A DNA stretch of 63,999 nucleotides, filler included, from Fonticula-like sp. SCN 57-25 (Eukaryota): NCBI GenBank assembly GCA_001724245.1. It is 4 parts of 4 records of this genome, joined end to end, with 100 filler letters (N's around TTAATTAATTAA, not from the genome) between each part and the next. Parts side by side here need not be neighbours in the genome. Positions count along the whole stretch, not along the records: positions 22,183 to 36,852 come from MEDX01000155.1; positions 36,953 to 51,596 come from MEDX01000156.1; 2 more parts are not named here. The stretch is one strand, 5' to 3'. A program made the position numbers and the translations under genes. The notes beneath the pieces were generated by a model. The model saw only the letters and a list, made by a program, of their open reading frames with translations, made no database searches and was not told the DNA's origin. Below are positions 26,861 through 39,900 of this stretch, in pieces. The first letter of the stretch is position 1, and every line of letters starts with the position of its first letter.

Positions 26861-29072
26861 TTAGCCCCAAACCTTGATCTGATTATCGGCGGCGGCAGAG
26901 AAAATGCGCCCCTTTCCATACACGACGGCGTCGACGCTCGACGTGTGCCGAATGAGCGTCTGCACACACTGAAACGTCTCCAGATTCCAGACCTTTACGG
27001 TATTGTCGTACGACCCGCTGAAAAGCCTGTTGGGCCCCGTGTTGCTCGACGCGAGCGCGTACACGGCGGCGGTGTGGCCGTTCAGCGACCCCTTCAAGTT
27101 GAACGTCTTGAGGTCCCACAGCTAGTGACACATGTTAGCATTGATAAAAAGTAGCAAAGGCCAGCGCGTACGTCGATTCTGTTCTCGTACACGCCCGAGA
27201 TGAGGTGCTGTCCGAGCGTGTCCACTGTCAGCGAGTACACCGACCCACCCTGGCACGTAATTGTGCGGACGCAGTCGAATGTGGCGAGCGACCACACCAT
27301 GATAATGTTGTACGAGCCGCAGTAAAGATGGTCCTCGGAGACGACGAGCGCGCGCACCCAGTGGTTGAGCCCCTTGAGCTGCGCGACGACCGTCATCGTG
27401 TCGGCCTCCCACACGGTGACCGTCTTGAGCGACCCGCTAAACAGGAGCGACTGGGAGCCGTTCGTGCCGACGCGGGCGTCCAGCGTGCACACGGTGTTGT
27501 CCCCGGCTGGCACCGTCTGGATGAGCTCGCTCGTGTTGAGGTTCCACACGCGGATCGTGCAGTCCGATGAGCCAGAGTACAGCTTGCGGCCAATGATAAT
27601 GAGGGCGTGCACGATGCCTTCATGTCCCACAAGCGTCCGCACGCACGTCTGCTTGTTAATGTCCCACGCCTTGATGGCAAGGTCGGACGAGCCGCTGTAG
27701 ATGATGTCGCCGTGAAGCACAAGCGCCCAGACGGGGCCAGTGTGCCCGACGTACGTGCCCATGCACTTGAACCGGTGATTATAGTCTGGAAGTTAATGAG
27801 CAAAAGGGTCAAAAGGAATGTCAACTGGAGCGCACCATCAACGGCGCGAGCGGCCGACGTGGCGGCGCCGGGCGTCGAAATGTCGCCATAGTCCCTTACG
27901 ACGCGCGACAGCTCGTCGACCTTTGCAATCAAGTCCGCTGCCAATCAACGTCAGTATCAATTGCAAGCGCGTTCAATGCGTATGTGCGTACAGATACGAA
28001 GCCCCTCGATCTCCTGCAACCGGGACGAAAGGTCGTCGACCTCGCGGCGGAGCAGATCCACCTCGGCATTCCGCGAGGCCAAGTCGCGCTGAAGATCCTC
28101 AATTCGGTGGTCGCGATCACCCAGGACTTCGTGTACGGCCTCGTAGCGACACGTCTTTTCGTGCGCGTCCACTTCGCTGCGGGGGCCCCTGAACGTGCAG
28201 CCCAGCTTGCCGAAACTGCACGGGATGTTGGCGCAGTGCGCCAAGTGCTCCTCCAGATGCATTTGAAGCATAGGCTCGCACCGCTCCGAGTGAGGGCAGG
28301 GGATCACTCTGTATGGGCACATGATTTGGTGCTTGCTGGATACGCAGCGGGTGTCAGTCAACGGGGGCCAGCAGGAGTGAAACAGAACAGCACGCACGCG
28401 CGATCCTTGAGCTTTATTGTTTCCTGGCACGTCAAAACTTGATCCTTTGCGCTCGCATCGTGATAGCGACAGTGTACCAAAAGCTCACCAATTTGCTCGC
28501 CCAGCTATTGCTCGTTCATTAAAAGAGGATCGGAAAGGGAAATGTGCATACCGCAAGATTCGGCCAGAGGTCAGACTCATTCAAGCTCCTGTCATCGAGG
28601 GGGCATTTCCCCGTCTGCTGTAACGTGCGCGCAAGGCATCCGCGACAAAACGAGTGCTACTCCATCGTCAGCATAAGCGGCAAAAAGCGAGCTCATAATC
28701 ACAACCACAAATGCGTACACCACACTTGGCGATGACGGGATCCACCATGACCCCGTTGTGAATCTTGCACAAGAGCGCGGTGGGCGGCTCTGACACGTAC
28801 GCCACCGTGTCCATATCGTCGTCGAGGTCTATACCAACAAAACCGTTAGAACAAGACTGCGATACAACGCTGGGTGAAGGGGGCATACCAAGGGAGTTGA
28901 GATGCCCTGGTACCCGCGTGCCATCGAAGCCGGCATCAGCAGCGGACGGCTCGAGACGCATTGGCGCCGAGCTCATGTTTGACCTATCCATCATCGCGGG
29001 GGTCTGAGGGGTACTCGTCATACTCGACATAACCGGAGACCTGTGATGCACAGGAGTCTGAGGCGCGCTCAT
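26861..29072 (-). CDS. TRAF7: TRAF7-like E3 ligase (RING, TRAF Zn finger, coiled coil, WD40)
   Basis: CKIH..DPVIAKCG/HSFCRGC RING, CPHSERC..HLAHC Zn finger, ~7 WD40 repeats (GHTGPVWAL, GLNHWVRAL). Confidence 0.85.
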
Positions 29073-29311
29073 CTGCTGTCTGTGAGCCCGTGTGGCAGGA
29101 ACGCACGCAGGCCCAAACAGCGTCCCAAAAAGTAAATAAAGCCCCTAAAATCGCATGCGATTCACATGCGATTTACGATGAGACAAGGAAAAAAGGAGTC
29201 AGCATTCTGTGCGTGGTGATCGTTGTGCCCTCTCTGCAGAAGTGGGCTGCCGGCGTTGGTTTTACAAAGCGTCTGCAAAGTGGATTTATTCGGCAGTTGA
29301 CGTCGATCGGG

Positions 29312-30393
29312 ATGGGGACGCAACTACGTGCGTCTCTAAACGCGTTGCGGGGCCTGGCCGCGCGCGTCGTTACCCACTTCAAGGTAAGAACGGTCGTGGT
29401 GATTGCCCTCTGGTACCTTCTCAGCTGCGCCACGCTGTTCCTCAACAAGCACATATTGGACGACTTTGGCACGTCGCCAGAGTTCTTGGGCGTCGTTCAG
29501 ATGTTTAGCACGGCCGTGTATGGCGGACTAAAGATGGCGAGCGGCTTTCATAACCCATCGCCCATCGTCTTTGACCGCTCGTTCGTTCGCGACATGTCTG
29601 TGCTGGGAGTGTTTCGGTGCGATCTGAGAGCCCCCGCCTCATTGTACTGACGCGTACTCTAGCGTGGTGACTGTATTGCTAGGCTTGGTTAGCTTGAATT
29701 TTGTTCCTGTATCATTCACGGAGACGGTAAAAAGCGCCGCGCCCTTTTTCACTGTTGTTTTTGCCGCTCTGCTCCTGCGCGAGCGGACGACGCCCGCCGT
29801 GCTTCTTTCGCTCGTGCCCATCGTCGGGGGCCTTGCGCTCTGCAGCGCGCATGAACTGCGCTACCACCATATTGGCTTTTGGGCGGCCATGCTGAGCAAC
29901 TGCGTCGAGTCGCTTCAGAACGTGTACAGCAAGCGCCTCCTTGGGTCGACCTACGACCCTCACCGGCTCCAGTTCTACACCAGCGTGGCGGCGCTCGCTC
30001 TCCAAGCGCCTGTCATGCTCTACTTTTGGTCGCCACAGAGCAATATTGGATCGATCTCGAAGACGCTGGTACGATGCGGCTTTCCATTGGACTCGACGCT
30101 CACGCGGGAGGTAGGCCTTTTTGCTTTTGATGGACGGCGTCTGCTATCACTTGCAGAGCGTCACGGCGTTCATGGTGATGCAGGAGATCTCGGCGGTGAG
30201 CCAGTCGGTTGCAAACACAGTCAAGCGCGCGCTGCTCATCTGGCTGTCGGTGTGGCATTTTGGCAATCCCATGACGACGCTGGGCGTCACGGGGTCCGCT
30301 ATCGTTTTCCTTGGTGTCCTTGCGTATCAGTACGCAATCTACCAAAAGTCAAGATTGGAGAACTCTCCCACCGAAAAGGCAGCACAGGTATAG
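29312..30393 (+). CDS. SLC35E2: Triose-phosphate/nucleotide-sugar transporter, SLC35E2-like
   Basis: LFLNKHIL, VPVSFTETVKSAAPFFTV, LQNVYSKRLL, SVANTVKRALLIWLSV..FGN. Confidence 0.85.
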
Positions 30394-30599
30394 GATGTAC
30401 GGATTTTACTCGTTCATGGCATTTTTCAATTTTTGGCACAGGGAGCAAGATCCCTAATTATGTATTTTTACAACTGCCATCAATCGGCAGGAACATCGAT
30501 GCCTGTAACCCTGTACATGGGTACACACTATAATACATAAACTCGATACATACACAAAATGTGAATGAAATGGCGTTGAATATACAGCCTCAAAAGAGT

Positions 30600-33500
30600 T
30601 CACCGAGGGGCCTTTGACAAGAAAAGGCGTTTTCGGGTTGCAGTGGGGTCGATGGGCGTGCTTACAGGCGCCGCAGCGGGCACACTGGCAGACACCAAGA
30701 CAGGCTCAGCGGGTGTCTTGCCAGGCTGCCCCAGCAGCGCCTGAAGCAGGTCTTGGGCGACAGCAGTGTCTCCTGTGTCCTTATATGACTGGCTCGACGG
30801 CGATGATGACACTGGAATGGGGCGCTTTCCCTTTGACCGGCGTCGTTTGCTGACCGGCGGGTCATCGTCCTCTTCCGCCCCTGCCTCATCCTCGTCGTCG
30901 TCATCATCAACGATAAACCCTTCCAAATCAGAGTCCGACTCGTCCTCGTTTGCCCCTTCCGACGACATGGACAGCACCACGCGCCGCTCCTGCCGCCCGC
31001 GCCGAAACATGCGGTACACCTCACCGGGCTCATAGCGCCGCTTTGCGGGCGGCGAAATCTCCTGCGCGATGCTCCGCCTGTAGATGGTGCCCATATCAAC
31101 GGCCTTGTCCGCTGCACCGCCGCTCGCCTGCGAGCCGCTTCCGACCGCGTCGTCCTCTTCCTCGTCGTCAACCACAAAGCTGCTCTCCAGGGCGTCCTCA
31201 TCTGACCCTCCTGACCCGCCGTCTGAGCCGGACTCTGAGCCGGACTGCTCCGCCTCCATGTCAAAGAAAGATGAACGCCCCTTGCGGCCCCCGCGCTTCC
31301 TGACGCGCGGCGCGTCCGGCGATGCGTCAAGCTCACCGCTGCCCGACGCAGCAGGCGGCGACGACGACATGACCATCCGGCGCGCGCCGCCGAGGCGCCT
31401 TCTCGCAACGGGTGAGTCGGGGCTCGCCGAAGACGGCTGCGTCCCTGCCGCAGCAGCCGCCGACAGCGCTGGTGTTGCCAGCGGCTGCTTGGGCGCATCT
31501 GGCGGTGTGGGCACAGCAAGGCGGCCGCTCGAGGGGCCCAACGACGCATTAACAATTGGCGCAGCAGGCAGAGGTACCGGGGGCTCCTCAGGCGGCGTCA
31601 GCACGACGTCGTCCAGCATCGCATCGTCGAGATCATCAAAGAGATCAAAATTAATGGCTGCAGCGGCGGGCGGCGGGGCGCTCATCGGCGCAGCGGCGGG
31701 CGCGGGCAACGGTAAAGGAGCTTCAGGTTCGTCCGCGAGCAGTGCGGCGTCGAGAAGGTCGGCGTCGTCATCAGAATCGTCATGGAAGAGATCAAATGTC
31801 ACGGGAGCAGAGCGGTTTGCTGATGCCGAGGGAGCAGGCGCAGTGAAAGCAGGAGGCGCGGAACGAACAGGTGGCGGAAGCGCAGCAGGTGCGGAGGGAA
31901 CAGGTGGCCGGGGGGCAACAGGCGCAGAGGGAACGGGTGGCGGGAGGGCAGCAGGAACGGGAGGAACAGGTGGCGGGAGCGGGTAGGCAACCGGTAGTGC
32001 CAAAGGAGAATTCTCCTTTTTAATCGGGTCATCCTCAAGCTCGTTTACGTCCTGTGACATGAGCGCTACGAAAGCGATTAGCAAAAAAGCACACTACTCG
32101 AGCTGCCGTACCTTCCAGCATCTGCATGTCATGGTCGTCCAACGTGTTCTCGTCCAGGTCGTCGAACAAGTCGTCGTCTTCGTACTCAATGTCCCCGCCA
32201 AACGCGGCCGCCATCGCGTCGTCCAGGCTCCTTTCAAGCTCGTGCAGTGCCATTGGCGGCTCGCGCAGCATCCAGACCATCGCACGCTCAGGTACAACAA
32301 TCGGCGGCAGATCCTCAATCCTGGCCGGCGTGCTCTTGCTGCCAGAGCCTTTTGATAGCGCACTCGAGCCATCTCGAGGCAGCGCAGCAAGCGGCTTGAG
32401 AGGGCCAGTGGCCGCGCGACGATGTGCGGCGCGCATGGCCAATGCCTCATCGTCAGAGTCGTCCTGCGACTGCAACGTTTGGCAATGCGCGACAAGGCTA
32501 TTCGAGTTGTGAGCAAGGGCTGAGGGGTTAAACTATGACCGCGCGCGCACTTTACAAGCGACGTTGAGAGATTGGAGTGTGTGACGCGAAATGTTGGCCC
32601 TGGAGTGCTCTGCCACGACGCCCACTTGGAGAGGTCGACGTCATACAGCAGCTGCGACAGTGGCACGCGGTACTCGGCATTCCAGGTCTGCATCTGCGGA
32701 GTAGGCAAAACACCGTTCTTGTTCACCGTAGCTTTTTTTGTACTAAAAGCGGCAAGCTCGTTAGAAGGACACAAAGGGCCACTCAGCGTACCTTGTGGCA
32801 GCGGCGCGCTTCTTCTTGCCAGTGGTCGGCGCTGCCTGGCCGCTCATGATCACCAAGTCAACCTGCAGCTCGTCAGACTCCTTATCAAGCATATGCAAAC
32901 GTACCTTCTCGACGGTCGGCCGCACGTTGGGCGGCAGCATGGCCGGACTGTCGGCGGAAAACACGAACGAGCGCGAGCTGAGGGTCTTGTGGACGGAGCT
33001 TGCCGACTGCTGCGCCTTGGCGAACTGCGCCTCCTCCTTTCCCTCCGTGAGCAACACGACAATGCGGCCCTATCCTGCGCGTTAGGCATCAGTCAAGCGC
33101 GAGAAAAGAGCGCGCCTTTCGCTGGCGTCCCGTGCGCCCCATGCGCTGCAGCATGCGCGTCGGGGAATTCTGCGAGTCGAAAAGAACAATAAGATCAACC
33201 TCGCCGATATCAAGGCCCTCCTCGCCAATGCTCGTGCTGACGAGCACATTGTAGCCGCCGCTCCGAAAGTCGTCCACCACGCGGATCTGGTCCTTTTGAG
33301 CGAGGCCTTTTTTGCCGCGCCCGCTCGACTGGCCAATAAACATCATCGGCCGAATACGAGCAGGGTCAGCTTGCCGCAGCGCGTCCACAAGCTCCTCGAC
33401 CGACGCGCGCAGCTGCGAAAACACCATGACACGCGTCTGCTGGTCGCCCTTTTCGTCAAAGTGCGCGCGAATGATATCAATAAGCCGGTTCACCTTGAGG

Positions 33501-34783
33501 TGGCCCCAAGAGCGCGGCTTGGCAAGCTAAGTGCGGGCGGTTAGACACTGAAAGATGCTGGTCAAGGATAAAAGAATGGCACACCTCTTCTTCCGCCGTC
33601 TGGATGGCCTGGCGGAGCGACAAATTGCGCGCAATTTCATTCCGGAGACGAGGATCATTGGACTGAACGCCATAAAGTCAGCACGCATCAAACAAAAATG
33701 ACAGCAAACAATGAACACGTACCTCTTGCAGGTGCGAAAGGAATACGCGGAGGCCGTATTGCACAAGGACGCCGTACGCATGGCCGAGCGACATTGCGTT
33801 TCCGAAATCCGCTTCCACCATGTTGGCCGGCATCGCCACGCGGCCCGGGCTCGACCGAAACTTGTCCCTCGCCGCCATCAATTGAAAGTGCGATACCTAC
33901 ACACGAGGTAAGCAAGCATTTTTCGTGGCCAAATATGGGCGTACTCTGTCGGGATCGCGCTCGTAAAAGACCCCGTTGCTGCATAGTCGCGTAAGACTGT
34001 TGCCGAGCAAATGCAAAAATGGCTCGCGGACTGTCCGCACGCAGTCGCCCATGGGGACAACTATCCGGTCGACTTGGCGGCCGTGGATGTAGGGTCGGAT
34101 GTCCAGTGACTCGTCCGACCGCACCTCGATGTGGGCGATCTTTAGGTTGGATATTACCGCCTGCACCGTTTGGTAATTGTTGCCTGGCGTCGCAGAAAGG
34201 GCCAGAACGCGAAAGCGACCCCCGCGCTGAGACAGAATGCGCACGACCTCGCAATACGCGTGGTTTCCTTGCGCTCTGCGGTAAAATTAGCACGAGGTTC
34301 AAGCACGCAAAGGGCTGCGTACCTATGGGCCTCATCTATAACAAGACACGTAATTGATCGCGCGGGGCAAATTCCGGTAAGCAGGTCATTCTGAAGTGTC
34401 TGCGGCGTTAGAAAGAACACGGAGCGCGACTTCCAAAGCAGCGCGCGCTGCTCAGCCGCGATGCTCCCTGTCATGGCCGCCGTGTCAGACTGCGGGATCC
34501 CGGTCGCCTTACGGCAGGCGTCCACCTGCTGCAACACGAGCGGTCGCGTCGGAGCCATAAACACAACCTTGCCGGTGGGAAACCAGCGGTAGTAGTTGAA
34601 CATGATCACCGCTGCGATGAACGTCTTGCCGAGGCCGGTCGGAAGGGATACCAGCGTGTTGCTAAAGAGCGCCCGCTGCACAATATTAAACTGATAATCT
34701 CGTACAGCATAGTTTATAGGATACTGCCAATGGGCCCCTTGCTCTTCCGCAAAGGCGGGGTAGTCTGCCCTGTCGTCGGACAT
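30600..34783 (-). CDS. FANCM: FANCM/Mph1/Fml1 DEAH helicase, multi-exon
   Basis: YPINYAVRDYQ, LPTGLGKT, VIDEAH, LALSATPG, STSIGEEGLDIGEVD, QRMGRTGR. Long acidic/Pro-rich C-terminus. Confidence 0.94.
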
Positions 34784-35092
34784 TGTGGGGCGCACCGCGC
34801 GCGCCACACCAAGCGCGTCCCTGATTCCCGCCTGATTTATATCTGATTCGGATCAGTCAGCATTGATTGAGGAGTGTCAGGCCGAGTGTCAGGGGACACT
34901 CCTCGACTCCGGATGAGCGCCGATGGCGCCATAGTTACGAATCATATGGACTACGAGGGGTCGAGCATAGCCGGGCGTCATAGAAACCGTATGCGCCCTT
35001 GATAAGGAGGCTGGCGACGGCAGATTGAGGCATTCTTCACTTCCTCGCCGCTGTGATCGCTCACTTCAACTGCTGACTTGATCTCGATCGCC

Positions 35093-35594
35093 ATGCACAA
35101 AGCTCTCCTCATCGCCGCTCTTCTCGTGTCGGGTTCGTTCCTCTTTTGACTTTTCAAGGTTGTGCACTGACGTTTCTTTGTTTCAAGTTTCGTACGCGCA
35201 GGTCTTGCTGCCCGTCTCAAGTCTGGCGGACAACAACAATGGTTTCGGCCGCTGTTCAACGACCGCGCTGAACCGCCTCGAAGTGTTCCTCGCCGAAAAC
35301 TGTTCGCCCTCCACTACGCCTGCGGCAATTCTGTGTGATGGCGACTGCTTTATTGCAAGCTACCGGGTCGCCAACTGCCAGTCATTGTCGGGAAATCGAC
35401 AGGAGTGCCGCGATCTCGTCACCTCAACGAAGGCTTTCTGCGAGGCCGAGGCACCCAACTCTTTCGGCGCTGAAGTCCCCGCCTCTGTCTTTGACTGCAA
35501 CGCCGCCGGCATGGTAGGCGGCCCGATGTCAGTGATTGTCGCTACTGTAACCGCCCTGCTCGCTGTCGCTGGTGTCCAGGTGACGTACTTTTGA
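35093..35594 (+). CDS. Small secreted Cys-rich protein with C-terminal hydrophobic (GPI/TM) tail
   Basis: MHKALLIAALLVS signal peptide, one intron, ~8 Cys, hydrophobic C-terminus. Confidence 0.6.
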
Positions 35595-35671
35595 TCGCGC
35601 GTCCTTTCTGAAGCTATCCGTCTGTAAGTGAACAATGGATCCGTAAAAACAAATTTCCTTGCAGAGTTATT

Positions 35672-35687
35672 GGTGTTTAAAAACACC
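35672..35687 (-). promoter_or_regulatory. Histone mRNA 3' stem-loop
   Basis: Minus strand GGTGTT-TTTA-AACACC: 6-bp stem, 4-nt loop, ~50 nt downstream of the H1 stop. Confidence 0.75.
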
Positions 35688-35736
35688 AGGAAAAGAAATG
35701 AGTACGGTCAAAGACGCGTCCACAGGCCACAAGAAT

Positions 35737-36276
35737 TTACTTCTTGGCAGCGGCCTTCTTGGGGGCAGCAGCCTTCTTGGGCTTGGGGGCAGCGGCCTTC
35801 TTGGCGGCAGCGGGCTTGACGGCCTTCTTAGGGGCAGCCTTCTTGGCAGCGGGGGCAGCGGCCTTCTTAGGGGCAGCAGCCTTCTTAAGGGCGGCGGCCT
35901 TCTTGGGGGCAACGGCCTTCTTGGCAGCGGGGGCAGCCGGGGCAGCAGCAGCCGGGGCGGCGACCTTCTTGAAGAGCTTAAGAGGGCCAGAGGCGCCCTT
36001 GGGCTGGACAAACGCACCGCTCTTGACACCGCGCTTGATGGCAGCGTTAATGAGCGAGTCGGCGTTGTCGCCAACCTTGTAGTTGGCGTGGATGTACTTC
36101 TTGATGGCCTGGCGGGACGAGCCGTTACGGTCCTTGAGCTCGGCGATGGCCTTCTTGATCATGTCCTTGAAGGCCGGGTGAGCGGCGGGGGCAGCCGCAG
36201 CGGCGGCCTTCTTGGGCGCGGCAGCCTTCTTAGGGGCGGCGGGGGTGGTAGCAGTGGCAGTAGCGGCCTTGGCCAT
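35737..36276 (-). CDS. H1: Linker histone H1
   Basis: HPAFKDMIKKAI..LKDRNGSSRQAIKKYI..KGASG globular domain with K/A/P tails. Intronless. Confidence 0.96.
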   Translation of the reverse strand: MAKAATATATTPAAPKKAAAPKKAAAAAAPAAHPAFKDMIKKAIAELKDRNGSSRQAIKKYIHANYKVGDNADSLINAAIKRGVKSGAFVQPKGASGPLKLFKKVAAPAAAAPAAPAAKKAVAPKKAAALKKAAAPKKAAAPAAKKAAPKKAVKPAAAKKAAAPKPKKAAAPKKAAAKK

Positions 36277-36523
36277 TTTCAGATCAGTCGATGGAGTGCG
36301 AAAGGCAAACGAGATCTGGGGCGCGGCGAAGAAAGCGCGGTTTGAGTTTCGCGCGCATTTTGGAACGGGGGTGTGCACCCCACTGCAACATGGCGCAATA
36401 TGATGAGCAGAATTTTGGGACTTTCGCAACGGGTCGTACCCTAAACCCTTGGGGGGATCGCGGATCAACACCCCCGAAGCGGATTTTGGGCCGAGTATAA
36501 AAGGCGGCCGAAGGCCCGTTTAG

Positions 36524-36852
<329 letters not shown>

Positions 36853-36952
36853 NNNNNNNNNNNNNNNNNNNNNNNNNNNNNNNNNNNNNNNNNNNNTTAA
36901 TTAATTAANNNNNNNNNNNNNNNNNNNNNNNNNNNNNNNNNNNNNNNNNNNN
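36853..36952. other. Artificial contig linker
   Basis: N44-TTAATTAATTAA-N44. Confidence 0.97.
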
Positions 36953-39900
36953 CAGCTATTTGGATGGAGGCGTCAGCGCACCTAACGCCGACTTTGCACG
37001 TCGTCTCCGCGCGCTTCAGGATACTGTACCGCTTGTGGAATACCGCGCGCACGTGCCAGAAATGCGTGCTGCGCTCGCCAGCCTTGGAGTGCTGATTGAG
37101 TCGGACATGTCCGCGCTGGAATCTGACGCAGCCATTGCCGAGATGATGACGGACTTTACGGTGTCCCACTCGACCACGCTGCTTGGCGGCGTGAGGCAGG
37201 CCCTTCACGGTCTCACGCCGGACCAGTGCCGAGTTATCGCCGACCTCCGCGAAGCCAATCACGTGCTTGTCTTTCTACGACAGCCATCCATTCGTACCAA
37301 TAACTCGTTTCAGGCTCTCATGAGCCGCGCGCTGAATCGCGCTGCGGATGACGAGGGAGCGCAGCACGACTTGCATCATCTCACCTTGGTGAGGAGCCTT
37401 GTTGATATCCTTCTCCCTGGTGTCCCCGTCAAGCTGAAGGACCTGGTTGATGCCATGCTCCAATTGAGCGCCCCGTCAAGCCAGCTGCACGATGCTGTCC
37501 GCGCCGTATCCACCAAGTGGGACTTTATATCAAAATACCTATCGGATGATTCAAATGCTGCCGCCTCGGAAAGCACAGCTCGCCTCGCGGACGCTTCGGT
37601 TCGGACTGGCACGCTTACCTCGCGCATTGGCACGGGCGTCGTCTTGAGCTACATGTACTCCCAAGCTCGAGATGGCACCGAGGTTCCTCGCGAGGAGGCC
37701 GGTGAGCAGCTGGAGACCATGGTGCGCCAGGCTATGTTGGCGAAGCGAGGTGCCGCGTCCGTGACCAGCTCATCGACCGTCCTCGACACGTTTGTTAAAG
37801 TTGTCGATTTGGCCCGCCGTGCCCACGCTGCCCACAACCGCCTGGCATCCGAGGGGCACCCCGATCACCAAATTGCGAGCGCGTCTGGTGACGTTGTTCT
37901 AGGACGTCTTGACGAGGACGTCATTACGGCCAGCTTGGATCGCATGGAGAGTGTGCTCAACAGCTGGATAGCGGCGCGCGTGTACATGCTGAGAGCTGCG
38001 CCGCGTCTGTACTTGCTCAGCGACGGCGGCCGCCTACAGATGCTTCGCCATGCTGTTGGTGTAGTGAGACGCCCCGAAATTGCTGCGGACGGTGCCGACG
38101 CTTTGCTGCCGTATGCGCGCCAAATGTTCCGTTCTATTCCTTTGGCCGATCTGGCGGACGCGCTGTTGACTGTGTGTGCCGACCTGGCGAACGAGGTTGG
38201 CCTAGCTGCAAATACTGCTATTCCCGGCGCCGACGCGCCTGAGGCGCAGCTGGCTTGCACTGCGCACATATTCACGTCACGCATGGAAAATGAGTTGCAA
38301 CTTGATGACCGCGACGGCGACCCGACCCAAGAAAGCGAAATTTGCACCGTTGATGTGAGCGACGGTGTCGCGGGCTCTAGTACCGCCGCTAATCGCGAGT
38401 ATGCTCTTTATGCGCACGCCTTGAGCGCCATCTCGACAATGAGCCCCGCAGGCGCGGCACCTCTGCAAATGTTCTGGGCCTCGCCAACGACGACTGCCTC
38501 AATGCTCAAGACGTGGCTCGACTCCATTGCTGCCACACCTGGCCTTGTAGAGTCGGCGGTAATTTTGGCTGCTGACCAGCTTGTGCTGCGGGCTAGGCAG
38601 GTCTTGGTCGAATTCTCTCACGAGAGGCAAGGAAGAGCCGGGTGTGATTTGACCCTTCTGTTTGCATCATCGACGCCCATCGAGTCATTCACACACCTGC
38701 CCAAGGTGGCTATGGTACTGCCGACCCGCGATGAGCAGGCGCGCTCTTTGCGTGCGCCGGCGCCGTTCTCGTCTCAGCCACTTGTAAAGCACATCGCCGT
38801 GGTTGCCGGCGATGCTCAGATGGGCAAGTCGACGTGGATTGATGTGGACGCGGCATCGCGTGGCATTGCCAAGGCGCAGTGTCTCCGTCTGGCCGTGCAC
38901 GAAGGATTTTCCGTCGCTTCCGCAGCGCGCGCCTACACAAAGATGGCTTGCGCATTGGCGCCCAAGCCAGGGAATGGTCCGCCCGGGCGCATTGCTCTGC
39001 ACATTGACGTGTACGACATGGGAGCCGACATCCCGATGCTTGGCCGCTTCCTTCACAATCTGCTCTTTACCGCGCTTCTGATTGACGACGTCACTGGTGA
39101 GGCCGCCGCGCTCAGCGACGGCGTCGAGCATTTCATTTATGTCGAGTTGCCGGCGCTCGCAAAGCTCGACGCGGCAGTGAAACCAGATGGACCGCGTCAG
39201 CCGTGGCCACACGCCAATGTGAGTGACGCGAGGCAGCATCCTTTGCTCCCGCGGCTCGGAGCGGTGTCCATTGCGTCCCATGCCTTTATATTTGTGAACG
39301 CGTCGTCGTTCCCGCTTCGAATTGACGATAACGCGGCTCTTGTTGCGGCGTATTTCGAAGTTGCCGTCGCCCCCGCTGGGTCCGAGGTGCCCTTGCTGCC
39401 CACATCTGTGACCGCCCCGGCCGACGGCCCGGATGCCGACAAGCAGCGCGCGCTCATTCTATGGCTTTTGACCGAGGAGGGTGTGCCACGGACGCCAGGA
39501 GCACAAATGGCGGCTATTCGTGTTCTTTCGCATCGCCTGCTCCATTTGCGGCGCATGCAGGAGGAATCTGCACGCCAGCAACGCGCAAGGCAGTTCCGCG
39601 GTGTGCGCGCATGGACTGAACGAAGCATCCCGCCGAACGTGGCTGCTTTACCCGGCGCCAATGGCCAATATGTTCCTGACTTTTTCCGCATTTGCATTCG
39701 CGTGCTTCTCCGAGAGGCCGCACAGATTGCGGGCGCGCCGCATTCGAATGACCATTCGACGGTCTGGATGACCTCTCCTCGCACACTTCCTAACCAAACG
39801 GCGGTTTTAGTCGCTGATGGAACAATTGATGCGGCGAGGGGATTTCCTCGTGATCAGACTGTTGTTGTCTCGAGCGACATGACCAGCGCGCAATTTGGGC

